DNA from: Nitrospirota bacterium
GTDB taxonomy: Bacteria; Nitrospirota; Thermodesulfovibrionia; Thermodesulfovibrionales; Dissulfurispiraceae
Length of the DNA: 64,000 nt
Assembly: GCA_040758355.1 (NCBI GenBank)
Contig: JBFLWF010000011.1
Span: forward strand, 16,041 to 80,040
Direction: 5' to 3'
Position 1 is the stretch's first letter. Each line of letters begins with the position of its first letter. Shown here piece after piece: positions 62,853-64,000 of this stretch. The translations under genes and the position numbers were made by a program. The notes beneath the pieces were generated by a model. It was given only the letters and a program-made list of their open reading frames with translations. It was not told the DNA's origin and did no database searches.

Positions 62853-63569
62853 ATGAAAATAGCTATACTCGGAGACATTCACGGAAATATAGAGGCGCTG
62901 AAGGCTGCATATGATGCAGCAGTGTCCAATAATGTTGAAAAAATCTATCACCTCGGAGACCTCGGCGGATACGCGCCATTTGTAAATGAAGTGGTGGACT
63001 TCCTTATTGAACACGGAATCGAGGGGGTTCAGGGCAATTATGATGATGCTGTTGCGAACAACAAAGAGCACTGCGGGTGCAAATATGAAGACATGATTCA
63101 GTCGACAATGGCAACCCTGTCATTCGAATGGACAAAAGAGCATGCGACTCAGAAGAGCAAGGACTATATGAAAGGCCTTCCCTTTGAGATAGCGTTTTCC
63201 GTACATGACAAAAAGGTAAAGATATTTCATGCAACTCCGCTAAAAAATAATCTTTACTGGCACAACGACAGAGATGAAGACTTTTTTCTCCACATGGCAA
63301 GAAAAGCAGATGCAGACATCATGATTTACGGACATACGCATATCCCGTACAGAAAAAACATCGGCAATAAGGTATTTATAAATGCCGGCAGTGTTGGAAA
63401 ACCGAAGGATGGAGACGCGAGGACATGTGCCTGCATTGCCGATATTACTCCTGATAATGTGAAAACAGAGTTTCTAAGAATACCATATGATGTTGAGAAA
63501 GTAGCCTCTGCCGTCATAGAAAACGGCCTGCCTTCCTATTTTGCCGAAAAATTGCGACATGGCAAATAA
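62853..63569 (+). CDS. Calcineurin-like metallophosphoesterase
   Basis: GDIHGN, LGDL, GNYD, GHTH, NAGSVGKPKDGD. Confidence 0.92.
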   Translation: MKIAILGDIHGNIEALKAAYDAAVSNNVEKIYHLGDLGGYAPFVNEVVDFLIEHGIEGVQGNYDDAVANNKEHCGCKYEDMIQSTMATLSFEWTKEHATQKSKDYMKGLPFEIAFSVHDKKVKIFHATPLKNNLYWHNDRDEDFFLHMARKADADIMIYGHTHIPYRKNIGNKVFINAGSVGKPKDGDARTCACIADITPDNVKTEFLRIPYDVEKVASAVIENGLPSYFAEKLRHGK

Positions 63570-63595
63570 TACCTTTGCCTAAATCAATACGAACA

Positions 63596-63651
63596 ATTTC
63601 AGACAAATTTAACCTTAGCTTAATACTCGTGTAACATCCTTTTGTTATTCT
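63596..63651 (+). promoter_or_regulatory. Second Pho-box-like array and -10 element
   Basis: Units at an 11-bp period: ATTTCAG, ATTTAAC, GCTTAAT, GTGTAAC; then 10 nt and TATTCT. Confidence 0.68.
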
Positions 63652-63674
63652 TCTAAGAAAAAAAGGAGGTGGCA

Positions 63675-63899
63675 ATGAATTCTAAGATGACAATAGCGTT
63701 AACGCAAGAAATGGCATTAATACAAGAAGATAAAACTATGTGTCCGTACTGCAATACCGAGGCAGAGATATGCAATGCCTCATGTTCAGCATTAGAGATC
63801 GACGACAGGATGAGAATTAAATACTGCACAAACGAAGATTACGATGACTGCCCGATATTTTTAGTGAAAAAATTAAGGCTGTTCAATAACAGCGAATAG
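63675..63899 (+). CDS. Small Cys-rich hypothetical protein
   Basis: AGGAGG ribosome-binding site; CPY..C..YC-x7-CPIF. Confidence 0.7.
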   Translation: MNSKMTIALTQEMALIQEDKTMCPYCNTEAEICNASCSALEIDDRMRIKYCTNEDYDDCPIFLVKKLRLFNNSE

Positions 63900-64000
63900 T
63901 TTTTGACAAGGAGTTAACAAACTGGGCAAATCAGACAACAAGGCAATGCAAACCGCAACTACAGCACATAATAACCTCAAACAACGCGGCTTCAAGTCCG

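Noticed and set aside
63920..64000. GGGCAAA as a c-di-GMP riboswitch, and a partial ORF at the window end
   Set aside because: The GAAA stem and second GCAAAG element are lacking, and the ORF fragment is too short to call.

Overview
A 64 kb, gene-dense chromosomal window from a Gram-negative anaerobe; the gene style suggests Nitrospirota/Thermodesulfovibrionia or Desulfobacterota, which is an inference. Bases 1-42 kb lie almost entirely on the minus strand. They carry pit/DUF47/phoR/phoB; aroK and aroB separated by a DUF6883-DUF4926 pair and a NACHT-nuclease gene broken by one in-frame TGA; pgi; atpZ/atpI without other atp genes; a multiheme cytochrome/ferredoxin/NrfD quinol module; hemL; and a ~24 kb sulfur-oxidation island. 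The standout feature is a sox operon lacking soxCD (dsrE-like, soxX, soxY, soxZ, soxA ... soxB). A Tat-exported NXR-like molybdoenzyme (alpha, beta and chaperone, no gamma subunit) is inserted between soxA and soxB. Three sigma-54 promoters in the island each carry a pair of TGTYC-N6-GWACA palindromes, and one of them appears to drive a ~75 nt small RNA. Bases 42-64 kb lie on the plus strand: a Fur-boxed pccH/feo operon, archaeal-type ppcA, an FKBP, a binding protein plus hybrid kinase, copA with a Met-rich protein, malQ, and Pho-box-led genes that include a GH1/glycosyltransferase fusion scar. A ~130 nt structured repeat occurs three times, and short 6-8 bp tandem repeats are scattered through the window. 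All calls come from motif recognition; no database searches were run.
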